Numbered from the whole stretch's first letter, positions 1 to 13,546 are shown. The stretch: DNA of 63,140 nucleotides, filler included, from Collodictyon triciliatum (GCA_043381765.1; 6 parts of 6 records of this genome joined end to end with filler, not necessarily neighbours in it); one strand, 5' to 3'. Numbers and translations are program-made. The notes: generated by a model from the sequence alone, not told the origin.

Positions 1-711
1 CTACTCCCGAAACACCGCGCCCTACTTCTCAATATCTCCAACAGAGAGCTGTGGATAGGTGCGCGCGTAGTCCATGCAGCAACGACCTCTCCAGAATGCA
101 CCATGTGCCATAGTGGAGATGACTCTATCGAACACACATTTGTGAAGTGCTCTCTTGCTCAAAAAGTGACAGATTCTAGCCACAAGATGCTCTCTGAGCT
201 TGATTATGCTCCCAATCGACTCAGCGCGTCTCACATCCTGTTTGGCCCACAATACCAAATGACCCACGACTCTAGAATACTCTGGACAGTCACAAGAGGA
301 CATATGCTGTGGTCCTTATGGAGTGTGCGTGCATTCTCTCGCTGTAATGATTCACCCGAACGAGAAATCAATGTATCCATGTTGAAAGCCTCGTGCAATA
401 CAGCTTCCTGAACAGCCTGCTGAAACACGCTCGCATTCTTCGCTACTCTGACCGCAAGCGAAGAGAGATGTGGGAATGGGTCATGCGATATCTCCCACAG
501 CATATCCAACATCTGCTACCCACGCAGCCAATCAACTAGTTTGGGATGCCCTCCTGACCAACTCGCTATCGCTGACCTCTTTCCAGTGCTACCCTCTCCA
601 CAGTAGTGTCTTCCCCTACTCGCGTTTGCTCTCTACCATGCGCTCCCATCCCGCCCCTTGTATGGCATAACCTCGCTGTACTTTGAACCGAATAAAGATA
701 AAAAAAAAAAT
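1..711 (+). mobile_element. 3' end of non-LTR retrotransposon (L1/Tx1-like LINE), zf-RVT region, decayed
   Basis: CTMCHSGDDSIEHTFVKC is a CCHC zf-RVT motif; ends in AATAAA + A-run (~691-711); highly similar to 32522-33200; frameshifted. Confidence 0.85.
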
Positions 712-979
712 AATTATTTCCCGTGCACCAGGCATATATAGTTTCTTCTGGAACGAAATCGTGTTGAATACCAAAACATATAAGATTATACTTCATGGGT
801 AATAAACCACATGATATCAAATGATGAAATAAACGGGTTAAATAGCAAAGACAGAGAGAAATCAATTTTGATGGAAATATCTTACAATCTAATTATACTT
901 TAGATACGTGCCCAATAAAGGCAAACATCACAACAAATACTCATATCAAATAACTAAATAACTAGATAAATAAGGAAGG

Positions 980-1112
980 AAAAAGAAAAAAGAAAAGAAA
1001 AAGAAAAAGAAAGAAAAGAAAGAAAAAGAAAGAAAAGAAAGAAAAGAAAGAAAAGAAAGAAAAGAAAGAAAAGAAGGAAAGAAAGAAAAGAAAGAAAAGA
1101 AAGAAAAGAAAG
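980..1112. repeat. (GAAA/GAAAA)n simple repeat
   Basis: Seen directly. Confidence 0.95.
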
Positions 1113-1482
1113 GAATAGAATTCGATTAATATTAAAATGAACACAATTTTCAACCGCACGTATTATGATAGCTTGTCCAGAGCGCGACACGGAAAAGGCT
1201 GCAAAGAGTGTTTCGATAAGAAGTCGAGTTGCCTGCCTTCGGTATTTGCCGCGCGACAAGGAACATTTACACGGCAAATAAAACGAGTGCGCCGATTCAG
1301 CACGGGCAGCATTGGTCTCGCTGCGCACAACAAAGACAAACCCACCCAGTCCGCCGGGGTTCAACACACCCTTTCCCGTTTGCGAGGCCGCTTTACCCGC
1401 TTCCAATCCACAAACCCAATAAAGCCCACAGCCGCTTTTCTTCTTCTTGCTCCTCCGCACTTGCAGCGCACAAAGACGCGGC

Positions 1483-4400
1483 ATGGAGGGCGATCAGCAA
1501 GAGGAGCAGCCACGCCGCCCACAGACCGCCCCGCAAGCAGGCCCGTTTCTGACTTACCCCCGCACACAAGCGACGGGCAAACCCGCAAAGACATCCAACG
1601 CCTCAAGCACGTCGCCGTCTGCGCTGCTTCCACACCTGCCAACCTCTGCGCGCACAACACCCACGTCTGCGACAAGTGTGGCACATACACCTGCAGCCGG
1701 CCACCACGCGCTTCCCATGCCGCTTTCTGCACGCAATGCTGCGCCTTCGCCGCGTCGGGCCTTTGTGGAGCGGAGTTCCCCGTCTGCGCGACGGACATCG
1801 CAATCGTCATCTGCAAAGCCGCCTGCATCGGCCGCAACTGCCGCATCGCATCAGCGTCTGCGCACTCGCACAACTGCCACTGACTCCCTGGAAATCACTC
1901 TGCTCCCTTGCACACATCAGTCTCTGCCGTCCCAGCAGCCACAGTCATCTCGCATGGCTCTTGTATGGGCACCACCGCAGCGCAGAGACCAAAGTATACA
2001 GTCCCACGCCCCCGGCTCTCATCAGGCTCATCCTCACCGCAGTATCGAGGCCTTCATTCTCGCGTATGTGTTCTGTATCCGTATATACATTAACTATCCA
2101 TGGCTTGCAAAAAAAAAAAAAGGCGTATGTACTTACCTCGGTATGGCAAGACCACCGCGCTGCAGTTCTTGCTTTTATCTCATTTTTTTTAAAACAGGCT
2201 GGTGAACATCTTTGAAATATATTAACGTGCAGGAATGCAGCCCAACTGACGGCTCCGTCATCCAGAATACCATCAAAGCTGCACCTGTCAAATTCAACTC
2301 CTTTTGCTGCTGGTTTGGATGGAGAAGATGTTTGCAATTATACACTTATGCAATATTATGAGTCGATACTGTTTTATCATAAAAGATAACTCTTGTAGTA
2401 AAAATATTGCTCGAGTTATTGACTCTTATGATTCATCATACCACATATCCTTTTAAGTATGTAATCTCTATGAATTATAGGTATATTTTAACGAGCAGCA
2501 TAGAGTGTGGCAAACTCTTATATTTCCTAGTAAGTTTCCAAATAGTAGAAGTGAAGTTATGTATCTTTGTCAAGCAGTAGATGTCCTTTTGGGTGAATAT
2601 CAAAAATCAACGAAAATTAAAATGGCCAGGTTAATGCTGTATTTATTTTCTATCCCTCTATCGATTGTCATAAAACAGTTTAAAAAGGATAACATATTAA
2701 AATCGAAAGGAATAATTTTTTTTTAAAAAAAGAATGATAGCATATTGAAAATAAAATAATTTGCTTGATAGATTCAGTTTTATCTTTTCTTTTCTTGCTG
2801 TTAGTGAAAAATATCTTTGTAGTATATGGGATGCCACATCACATTCTAGAGAATCTGTTCACCACTCAAACGCAATTGAAATGGCTATCGCTCCAGAGTT
2901 TGAAATATGGAATACCACTCTTCATGAGTTAGTTAGACATGTAAGCATTTAGGCCGTTAATACATTATGTGAATGTTCAGTCCATTATATATACTCATCA
3001 TTTTTACCTATACTAACTGTAAGATGAAGAAACATGTTAGTGTTAACATTCATTTCAGTAATTCGACCTGATGGTTCATATTCCTTATTATAGGATACAT
3101 ACTGTGTTCTAATATCGTTGGTGTAATCCAGGTTTATTGTGGATGTTCTGAGAGAGGAATACTTCTTGAACTTGTTCAGACTAGAATACAGGACCTCTGG
3201 GGCTCCCTCTTTTCAGAATACCAGAAATTAAGAAGCGCTCATGGATCAATCAGGTTTCTCCTGGTCTTCAATTTAAACCGTCTATGTTCAGATAGGAAAC
3301 AAAGCATACTTTTTTTGCAAGATATATACCATATCATAAAATATCATATTACTGTACCATATGATGCGGCAAATAATAGATTTAACAAATAAAAAACCCC
3401 TTTTTTTGACTTTAATTGATTTGTATAGTCCTTCAAATTTGAATCAAACCACTGAGGGAGATACAGATAATCGAGAAGCAAAACATTCCTCAAGTGAAAA
3501 AGAAAAAGTACCAGTGATTTCCCCCATATTTTATTTACTGATTATTTTCCCCTTCTTTCAATATATTCGCTGATTATAGACATTTCATATATCTTAATGC
3601 ATGAATTGGTTTATATGATTCTGTTATTCAAAAATCACACATGTACTTGCAAAAGGTACGCACTCACTGAAGAACTTCATTTTTAAGACTTTTTTAAATA
3701 CCCTACGCAGGGAAGTACAATCACAAAAACTAGGAAAGACAGCATGTCCCTTTCAAAATCAGATTTCAGACGAGAAAGTGAATCTGAAACCATTCATAAA
3801 AGATCTGGTATTATCGAGGAAAATTGTAGAGAAAGCAACACACCATCAAATGCAGATAGTGAACTAAATGATTTTGTTAGTGGTCGAAAAGATGAGTGGC
3901 AGGTTATCTATGATTCCCCACCAGACAGTGACTCAGATGATTCAACTGTAGCCAGAGAACGAGATTTAGCCGAACTTAAGGCCTTTTATAACCTCCAAGC
4001 GAAACATAAGTAGGATAATCATGATAATTGGTCTATAGAACTGTTTTGTCCCTTTTAAGATTCGATTTACAGTTACTTTGAATGGTTACTGATCAGACTA
4101 TATTATTATTTTTCTCTACTCGATCTCATGCATAAATAGGCACCTTAAGGAGGAGGAAGAATTAAAAGCAAAAAGTGCGTCAGAAAAGGATAAAAAAGAT
4201 GAATCTCCTATTGATTGGTTTTCGGTTGGGGAAATCATTAAAAATGTACAACGAACTATCATGGACGTCCACATGAAGATATGCTTGAAAGATGTAAAGT
4301 ACATGAATATACATATGAATATACTTTGTGATAAGCCACCGGAGTTATTTAATTCATGATGTCCGGTATGCAATCACGGTTAATATTGTCTAACGACTTG

Positions 4401-7400
4401 TTTGCGGTTAGGGTAAACTATTTACAGCAGATGACCAGATTCATTACACAGAAATTCTTGATTCAATCGTTGTCGATCCGATAACTCTAACAGCACGATT
4501 GAGGGACACCCGTGAACTTTTAAATTACCTTCAAAATGAATTAATTAAGGAGAAATCTAAGGATAATGTAGCTACCGATACGATTGACCTCGCAGAATTC
4601 ATGAGCGAGGATAAGAAAGTAAATTTAGAGACTCATTCCGAGCAGACTGATTCAAAAGAAGCTGGCTCAAAAGAAGGACCAGATGCCGATAATTATTTAC
4701 CTCCCATATTTCAAACACCTACTGCGCAACGTGCAATCACACCTCTATCAGAGATTCATATGGTTGATAAATATATACAAGTGAATATAGGAAAGGTAGT
4801 TGGTTTATATTCGCTAGTTTTCATTTTAATATGTATTGTTGAGCAAATCAGCCAAAGAAAATATGACGCTAAAGTACCTTTTTCTTCTTCATTTTGGTTT
4901 TTTTTTTTTGAATGCAACATGAAGAAAAAATCGATATTCAAAGAAGACACCGAAGTTTTCACACAAACAGAGCAAATTGCAGAGGAGATAGCGATACAGG
5001 TTATATATGAATATTTCTCAATTTTCATACAACTGTCATCGCCGATATTTTTTTCACAAACTGCAGAAGGAATATATCTGTTATTAAATGTATAATATTA
5101 TTTCTCCCTAGACCTCCATCTGCGGGATAAATATGGATATTGATGTGCAAAAATGCAACTTAAGAAGGATTGGGTCATTTGGAGAATTTAGAGATAGCAC
5201 ATCTCCACTCTCGGTTGAGGGTATAGGGATTCTAGAAAGTCGGCTAAGTCCCACGGGGTTCGAGCTGAAAGACTATCTAGAAAGCATCGATTTATTTTCA
5301 GACGAATCTGTGGAAAGGCGTGAGACGGTTCGATTTTGACAACAATCACGAATAGAAAAATTATTTTCCTGATACATCCAACTCCATCTATAAATCCTGT
5401 ATCTTATGCTTCTTATATCGTTACATATGCTCCATTATCCTAGAGTTTGCAGGCTTTTTATCAAAAGTATGGAAAGAGCGCACATGATTTAGATATGTCA
5501 ACACAAAAAGACCTCATTCACCTTCAACACATGGACTTAACTAAGAGTGGCGATGGTTCACAATTACCCAGTTCAAATTCCTCTGAAAGCTCGTTCTGTC
5601 AGGCTGAGGCGGGTTATTTAAATGAGAGTAGCGATCAACTTTTATCACATACGAAAAAGAAAGCTCATAATCCTAAAAGACTTGCACCCGCCCCACCAAA
5701 AAGAAAGCAAAAAGAGGTTTGATTTTCATACAAAGTTTGATTGCTTAGTCTTAAAATGAGATAATCAAGTATTACTAGTTATCATTTATCTGATTTTTTG
5801 CTTTATTAAATTGCTTTAGTTTTTTTTCTTTCTTTCAGGAGCATAACTTAATTTTTTGATATACTCGATTTAAAATTTGGTTATCTTATGTAAGGCTCAA
5901 GCTGATATTGGATGCCAAGCTGACCCGCCTATTGAAATGCTTGGAAAAGATGAGCAGGAAATCATTGAAAAAAAAGTTCAAAACACACTCACAAACATAG
6001 TAGAGCGTTGGAAAAAACTAAAGTCGAGAAAACCCATCGAAGTTAAAGAAGTGCATGAGACCAAATCCATAGAAGTGAATACAGAGAAGGATGAGACGAT
6101 GGCTTCCTCTGACCTACCCATTCCAATAACAATAGATGAGCATGCATTTCTATGCGTACTATGCAGCAGAAGACTATCTTCATTAATGGACATTCAAACC
6201 CAAGTAAAAAAAAAAATCATTTACTTTTCCCTTTTCTTTTAAAAAAATCCAAAGATATACCCGCCATCTTTCACAAAATTGAAAGGGATAATTAAAAAAA
6301 AAAAGAAGGAAAGATATAGTGTCTTTAAACGCCGATATTGACCTGCTATATGATTTTTTTGTGTGACAAAATTGTCTACAAAGGTAGATAACCAGTAAAA
6401 AAAATTTATGAACGCGTTTTTTTTTTGCTTTTGTGCAATAGACTGAAGTAGCCGAGACACTTACACAAGAGGCGATTACCATCAATTTAATTGACAACCA
6501 AACTAAACCTACCTCTCCAACCTTACTTGGTATAATGGGTGGTCGGGAGTCACCAGAACGAATTAAAGAATCTGCTTTTGATCCTTTAGAACCTATCCAT
6601 CGAGTTTCCGTGGTACTGAGACAGGTTTCCTTTCCTATTATTTTTGGTGCAGAATTTTCTCAACGAAGTATGATAAAAGCAAAATAAAAAAATGCATGTT
6701 TTAAGAACCACAACGCGTCATATCATTAGCAAATGGCAGTAGAAAAGGTTCCTCCAGTGAACGATGTATCAAAAATTGTCCTGCTCAATACACGAGATGA
6801 CTCCAAAACAACAAGCGCCATGAAATCAGCGCGCAAATTCACACCTGAATCCATCGAGTTGGGTGAAATTTTGGCAAAGCACGCAAATTCCCCACAGCGC
6901 CCACCTAGGACGAAGCAGTGGATCAAAAAGTTTATCAAGTATTGAATGAATAATTTGCACATCGGAATCATTTTCCCTCAAACCATCCAAACGGACTAAC
7001 GTGTGCATATCGCAGAGATCTTTATACTTCGAAACAACAATCCGATTCAACATCTGATCTGCATAACATAGACCACATCCCTATGCCGCACTTTTTCCTG
7101 TTGTTTTTAAAGGTTTGTGTGCTTGAAAGGAAATGAATCCGTCTCTAATTTTCTTCTTCCTTTATTCGATTCATAGAATACGGCTCTAAGTTGGTGGATT
7201 TAGTATAAATATATTGAATTCATCCTTATATGAATGGCTCTATTTTTCTTCTATTTTCTTCTTTTTTAAAGAATCATTATGGCACCCGAAAGCTGGTTGA
7301 GCAACAATGTATGAGTGTCATACAAACTACACAGGTTATGAACTTTGAATGATTTGTCCTATGGTTTCCGTTTCTATCACGCTAATTCATAATAAAATAT

Positions 7401-10220
7401 CTATGATTAAATCATACCATGTGGATACTAATACAATCTATAGAACATTATTATATGCAGCAATGTGGCTGTATATGGTAACACTGTTTAGCCTAACCAA
7501 TTTTGCCTTTTTCTACACTATCAACTTCGCTCCCTTCAGGTCTACAGAGCCACCGAAGTTTTCGTGGACATTTTTGCCAGGTTTTTGGATGAATCATGGA
7601 GTGTTCACACATTGAATGCTTTTCTCAAGGTTTTTTTTTATGACGCACCACTTATTCAAACCTATTAAACATTATGTAATTTATTCAATATGCGCTGGAA
7701 TCCCAGTTTTCTTTTCGTGTAATCACATTTAATTACGTGCAGGAAACAGACCACTTATAAGGAAAATTTCTACTATATTTTTTCATTTTGATTGTTTTCC
7801 TTTTACAATAGGCTTTGATTTATACAGAAATATCCCAAGTAGGATATACTTATCCGAATTATCCCCTCGATTCAATGTACACCCGATACATTTGTTTTTT
7901 AAGATGTGAAGATGTATCAAGGTCTATTGAATGCCATCCATTTACCATTAATCAATATCTCAATCGGTCACTTTTATTTTGAAACATTATTGTGTTCAGT
8001 TCAACTTACATATGTGCATGAAGGAGAATATTTGGAGAGAGGCATCGAAAAGCAGATGACCAATACTATCAAAAGCTTATGGAGAAAACTGTGATTGCTG
8101 GTTCATCTCACTCTGTGGACCCGAGACAAACAGTATGATTAGATTTCTTGTTCATGTTTATTTTTTCCAATGAGGTTTTTCTTGAAAAAAATTTATGTTT
8201 GACTTTACTCTTAATGTTATTTTTCATCAATATTTGCCTTGGACTCAAAGAGAATCAGCCAAAAATTAAACTTGTCTTACACAGAACCTGCATTTAACAC
8301 GTTTGTGGATCTTTCCCCTTTCTTTCTTTCGATGTATTTATATGAACCTGCTTAATGCATCAAAATTGAGGGTTTATTTCTCGTGATAGCTCCTCTTTAC
8401 GATCATTTATTTTAGGGTCGAGCTTGGAGGAAACATCTTGAAAATTATTTTTTCAGATTTTCTATTCATATTGTGCTCTGAATTTTCTTTAATGCACCGG
8501 GATTACGTACGATGGCTGAAGAAATATTTTGACGATGTAGATAAAGATAGGTGATGCTACCATACAATCTTGAGGAATGAAATTTATTGAAGGGAAAAAA
8601 AAATATCTTGTACGAATGAAAAAAAAAAAACAACAAGATTTTAAAATGCTCGACCAATCTACTAAACCGCCCAAATTTATGCAGCGATGGTTACATAACG
8701 TATGACGAGTTGATAAATATGATCGGGCTTATTCTAAAATACTCTATCTTTGATCAGACGGAGGTTTGAATTTTATTGGACGGGAATGTTAGTGTGATTC
8801 GTTGGAAACCAGCTCTTGTATTCATGAATGATTGACTATTTATTCATTTTTCAGGTTCAAGCTTTCTGGAAAAGATATTGTGTGACACACTCCAGTAGTC
8901 CGGTCGAAGTTTGGCGCGATTCTTTTTTCCTTTTTTTTTTTTTTTGAAAAAAAGTAATTAAATCTTGTCGTTCTTTTCGGTTTGTATATTTGAATGCTGA
9001 TGCTACTGACCGACAAAATTGTTATATTTAAATACTTGAAACGTACTATTCACCGTGTAAATTGATTATTAAACATATATTCCAATATAGCTAATATCTT
9101 ACGATATCTTGAGAAATGCGCAAACCCCACTTCAAATACTTGTGGTCACTTTTCGAAGGTATCACATAAACTAATATGCATGACCCTTTATCAGAAAAAA
9201 GAAGTATCATAATCAAACACTTGGGGCAAAAAGTGAAAGACAACTCTTCAAGAAAAATACTCTTGGTGTAATCTAGAATAATGTATTTGATTATTTTGCT
9301 GAAGTTATCATACTAATTCATTTCATCATCAATCTGAAAGAACATGGGTTGCACCTGATGAACGAGAAGTATACATCCCAAAAAATTTTAGGAATCCCGA
9401 ATTGAACAACGTGATTAAGTGGGAAAGTGTATACATTGATTAAAAGCCATTCAAATTCACTTTATGTAGACCTAACCCCCGCTTTAGGGAGCGCTGGTCC
9501 AACATTGAGGGCAAAATAACATCCCACTTGGCAACTTTTACACAACTTCCTGGCCTTGGGAGTGAATGCGAGTTTATAAATGGGTATTGCCTTCTACAAT
9601 AACGAGAAAACAAAGGAAATAAAAATATATAAACAAAACGACCCATGTGTCACGTCCTTTTCATCAAAAGACAATAAAAAGAAAGGAAACACTCCGACGT
9701 AATTTTTGATTTATTTTTGGTTTAACTATGCGATTAGCCTTCAGAGAAACCTGATAACGCTCCTTAATTCCAAGGAGGATGGAGGAAAGGCTCTGTCGCT
9801 CTATCGCAAAATGCTATCGATGTTTGGGGGGCTCGTTATCCAGGTCAGTTGCTTTGGTACTTCATTTTCTTTATTTTTTGATAATATTTATATACAAAAT
9901 CATTTATTTGAATAAGTTATATTTTTTTCTGTATCTTTTTTTTTGGTAATTTTTTCCGAAAGGGAAGGTAAAAAAGAATTAAAAAGAAGAAAGAAGAGAA
10001 GTTGAACGCAATTGATTCATTCTTTTGCACCCGAACCACGTGACACAACAATTCAACCAGCATCACGTAACAACCACGATCCTTGTATCAGGGGCACCTG
10101 CATCACGATTTTCCTGGAAACCCATCGGACGATGACTCTGCATTGTACTCGTCCTGGATTCAACAGGAAGAGGATATAATCTGGAGGGTGGTTGAGCTAC
10201 TCGGCTCTCCACCGCGTTAG
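1483..10220 (+). CDS. Large multi-exon protein with axonemal dynein light chain (p28/AXDND1-like) domain, TQT-like motifs and C-terminal EF-hand
   Basis: Spliced exons 2824-2940 + ~3132-3253 give EFEIWNTTLHELVRH|VYCGCSERGILLELVQ, matching the p28/DNALI1 motif (ELIRQV..C.ERG.LL); exons ~8490-8763 give FDDVDKDSDGYITYDELINMI (canonical EF-hand); S/T/P/A-rich first exon 1483-2064; last exon 10092-10220. Internal exon structure partly inferred; could be two genes. Confidence 0.65.
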
Positions 10221-11349
10221 GGAAAGACCTTGGAGAAGTGTATCTTTAAGGATTCCAGGTTGAATCCTTTGAGAAAATTGGGTTAGGTTTGTCTGCAGTG
10301 GTCCTAGTGTTGTTGGTTGTTGCTGCATCATGCCTCCGAGTACTAATCAACCAAGCTCAAGCCTCCATGTCCATAAATCTGAGGTCTCCTGCTGATTGAG
10401 AGGGGAACAAAAAAATGATGGTGGCTGTGCTGTTGCGAGCGTTTTGCGTTTGCGAAGGGTTTCCTGATTAGGAATTTTTGATGTATTACATATGTGGAAA
10501 ATAATATATAATATGGTAATGCTGTTGTAGACTTGCACAAAGACTATGCAATAATATATTAAGCTAATAATGTAACTGTATGAATCTGGTCATCTTCGGT
10601 TAAATTCAGATACCCAGCGTCACCATGACGACTTGGTGATTCAATTTGCATCACCACGTTAGCTGTTATTGTCCCAGTATAGAAATTCCAGGTTAATTTT
10701 ATCCATATGAAGAATTTTGGAACAGATTTAGGTAGATGGTGCTAATAGAAAATTCCAGATATGACTACATCTGGTGACACACCTTTTCGTCCAATTGCAA
10801 GTTAGGCGATAGTTCTGCACAGTACGCATTTTCAACCGTGAGTGATTATTTTCTCATAAAGTTCCAAGGGTGGAGTGCTGGATGGTGTTGTGCAGATAAG
10901 GGATGGGGTGAAGAAAAAGCGCCGGGAAATATATCCAAAAGAAAGCGGCAGGGGAAACAACGCGTGCCCCAGCGAAGCACTTTTTTAAGCGCGGACGTCA
11001 TTGCGTTTTGCAAGTCAATTAGCAGGAGGCACCGAAAGGCTGTGATTCAGTGTTGGTTGCCAGCAAGTGGAGCCGGGTGGCAGAAGGAAGTGCAGCCGAG
11101 GCCAATCGATCACACTAGATCGAAGAGCGGTGGCAGCAGCAAAAGTGACACTTGTGCTCATCCCCATAAGCCGTCAACCAAATTATTGTCGGCACGCACA
11201 GCAAGCCAGCGTTGTGCGGGCATCGACTCCGCCTGCTCCTTTTACTGTTTCTCCTGCATTCGCCCCATATCCTCCTGGCTGTGCGACCTGCCACCACACG
11301 GCTGACAGACACACTCACGCCCACGCTTTTCTCTCGACAACCCGGCAGG

Positions 11350-12130
11350 ATGCAAAGGACATCACACACGCCAGCACAGGAGGAGAACAAGCCGCACCAC
11401 CCACCCGGCGTCAAGATGGCGTGTCCAAAGTGCGTGCGCGGCCACCGCGTGGGTTCCTGCACCCACTGGGCAGACCAGTCCATCCCGCTGCGCAGACGCG
11501 GCCGCCCACGCGCAGACGACGTCTCGCTGGCCACCATCAAAAAGTCGCCTTTGTTTCTCGCTGACATGCCACATCGTGATACTCTGTTTTGATGACCATC
11601 GCTCACGCAGAGTGTGTTTCTTGCAGGAATCTGTGTGTCCACTGCTGCGACAAGCCCGACCAGATCCAGTGTACGTGCGACCAAAGCCCCCTGCAAAAGA
11701 CGCAGCCTCACCCACGCCCAGGTCCACGCCTGCGTTTGCGTCTGCCACATATCCCCGCCCGTGCAGTGCACTCCGCGTCCGCTGCCCGTGACAGCCAGCG
11801 AGGTTGTTCCCTTCTCTATTGAGCACACATACGCACACAACCGCGAACAGAGCAAAGAGCAGAGAGCAACACACAAACCCGCATTAACCCACGCTCTTTC
11901 CAGGGGAGGACGAGACGCCGTCGCCTGATGCTAAGGATATCGAGGCCAAAGCACCCGAGCCATCTGCACCCCTGCGCATGTGCCCCTGTGACTGTGCCTA
12001 CACGCTGTGCCCCTGCTGGACATGCATCGCCTCGCAGTGCCCGTGCCTCGACTCGTGGGACCTTTCTGCCCTGCTCTCGCCCGCTGCGACCACCGCCCCG
12101 TCCTCCCCGTCTTCTGCAACCACTATCTGA
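11350..12130 (+). CDS. Copper-fist DNA-binding transcription factor (Mac1/Cuf1/Ace1 family)
   Basis: Exon 11350-11543 GVKMACPKCVRGHRVGSCTH...LRRRGRP; exon from 11627 NLCVHCCDKPDQIQCTC; last exon 11904-12130 CPCDCAYTLCPCWTCIASQCPC; splice phases consistent. Confidence 0.85.
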
Positions 12131-12401
12131 GCATCCTTGCTCCCTTACTCTCTGCTCTCGTTCCCTGTTTCGGCTCGCTCTCCGAAATCCGCCCTCCCAC
12201 TTGCACATGCCCCTTCTCTTTCTCCTCTTGCTGTCTTGCACTCGTCGCCTCTTGTCTTGTTCTTTCTTCAGAGTAATTTGTCCCACCTGCCTAGCTCTCC
12301 ATTCTCCAAACTACCATTCATAAACAGAACCTGCTGTCCCCTTGGTGTTTGCAATCGGTCTCTATTTATGACGGGACGCAAGTCGGCCTGGGTTAGGCTG
12401 A

Positions 12402-12617
12402 TCAGAAGCAGTCGAGAACTGCGATAGTGTACGCTCCGTGGGCCAGCGCTGTCAATATTGCTCCGCCAAATAGTCTTCTCTGCAGGACTGGGTTCTTGCG
12501 GAAGCCGATCCGGATCAACGGCAGCAGCGGTGCATACGCCAGTGGGGCAAGAAGCAGCATGTTTGGGCCTCGCTTTGGTGGCTGCTCTCTATCTTTCACT
12601 TCCGGCTGCTTCTCCAT
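12402..12617 (-). CDS. Small hydrophobic protein of unknown function (paralog A); may extend to an upstream exon
   Basis: PLAYAPLLPLIRIGFRKNPVLQRRLFGGAILTALAHGAYTI; ungapped 31/55 aa identity to 13547-13789. Confidence 0.75.
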   Translation of the reverse strand: MEKQPEVKDREQPPKRGPNMLLLAPLAYAPLLPLIRIGFRKNPVLQRRLFGGAILTALAHGAYTIAVLDCF

Positions 12618-12725
12618 CTGTGTGATATGCTTTTCTGCTCTGGCTCTTTCTAAAGCTGCCCTGTCGGTGACTTTTGTGGGTCAGAGAGAGGAAGGTGGGA
12701 TGGATAGGTGGACAAAAGGGGATGA

Positions 12726-12901
12726 AAGAAAAAAAGAAAAAGAAAAAGAAAAAGAAAAAGAAAAAGAATAAAAGAAAAGAAAAAAAGAAAAAAAGAAAAA
12801 AAGAAAAAAAGAAAAAAAGAAAAAAAAGAAAAAAAAGAAAAAAAGAAAAAAAGAAAAAAAAGAAAAAAAGAAAAAAAGAAAAAAAGAAAAAAAGAAAAAA
12901 A
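12726..12901. repeat. A-rich (GAAAAAAA)n simple repeat
   Basis: Seen directly. Confidence 0.95.
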
Positions 12902-13546
12902 GGGGCTTATGTCCGTTGTGGAGTGATTTGTGACGGAATAGTGGTTGTACCAGAGGCCCTTGCTGGGCAGCTCAATAAGGACAATACTCTTTTTCTTTCC
13001 TTTCTTTTCTTTTATTTGCGCTCTAAAGAAACTCGCAGTGGTTGTTGGCTGACGATAAGTGTTCAAACTATTACAAATGACAACAAAAAAATACTGAAAA
13101 AAAAGGATCTGGATATCATTTCAACCTTGCTGCCGGTTATTTCCGCCTTTAAAATCAGGCTAATTAAGTGGGTCCAAGGGCAGAGCAGAACTCTCGTGTT
13201 TTACAAGCAGGTCACAACCAACATCGCTGGCGATGCGCCTCAATGTGATTGTCTTTATTACCGCCCATGTTTTTTTTTTTGAAAGAAAAACAACAATGAC
13301 TCCGCAGGATTTTAGAGCAAAGTTCTTTCTCGCATAGAAGAGCCACAAATCAAAGATTCGTACGCCAAGAAAATCTAGAGGGTGCCCCAATATCATTTTA
13401 TTTTGGCTGGCTGAGTGTTTTACTTGGGGTGATATATACTTGTCCAGACTGAATGCATGCAGATTAACAGAGAATGAGGATTGAGAAGAAAAAAAAGACA
13501 GTGATGTAAAGCTGTGCTCATCTTTGTTTCGTCTGAATAAAGTGAA

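Noticed and set aside
1137-1883. 248-aa Cys-rich, metallothionein-like ORF
   Set aside because: Shifted frame of the Ala/Ser/Thr-rich first exon (ATG 1483); Cys arise from GC-rich off-frame codons and form no recognisable motif
2129-2142. TACTTACCT resembling the U1 snRNA 5' end
   Set aside because: No U1 stem-loops or Sm site follow
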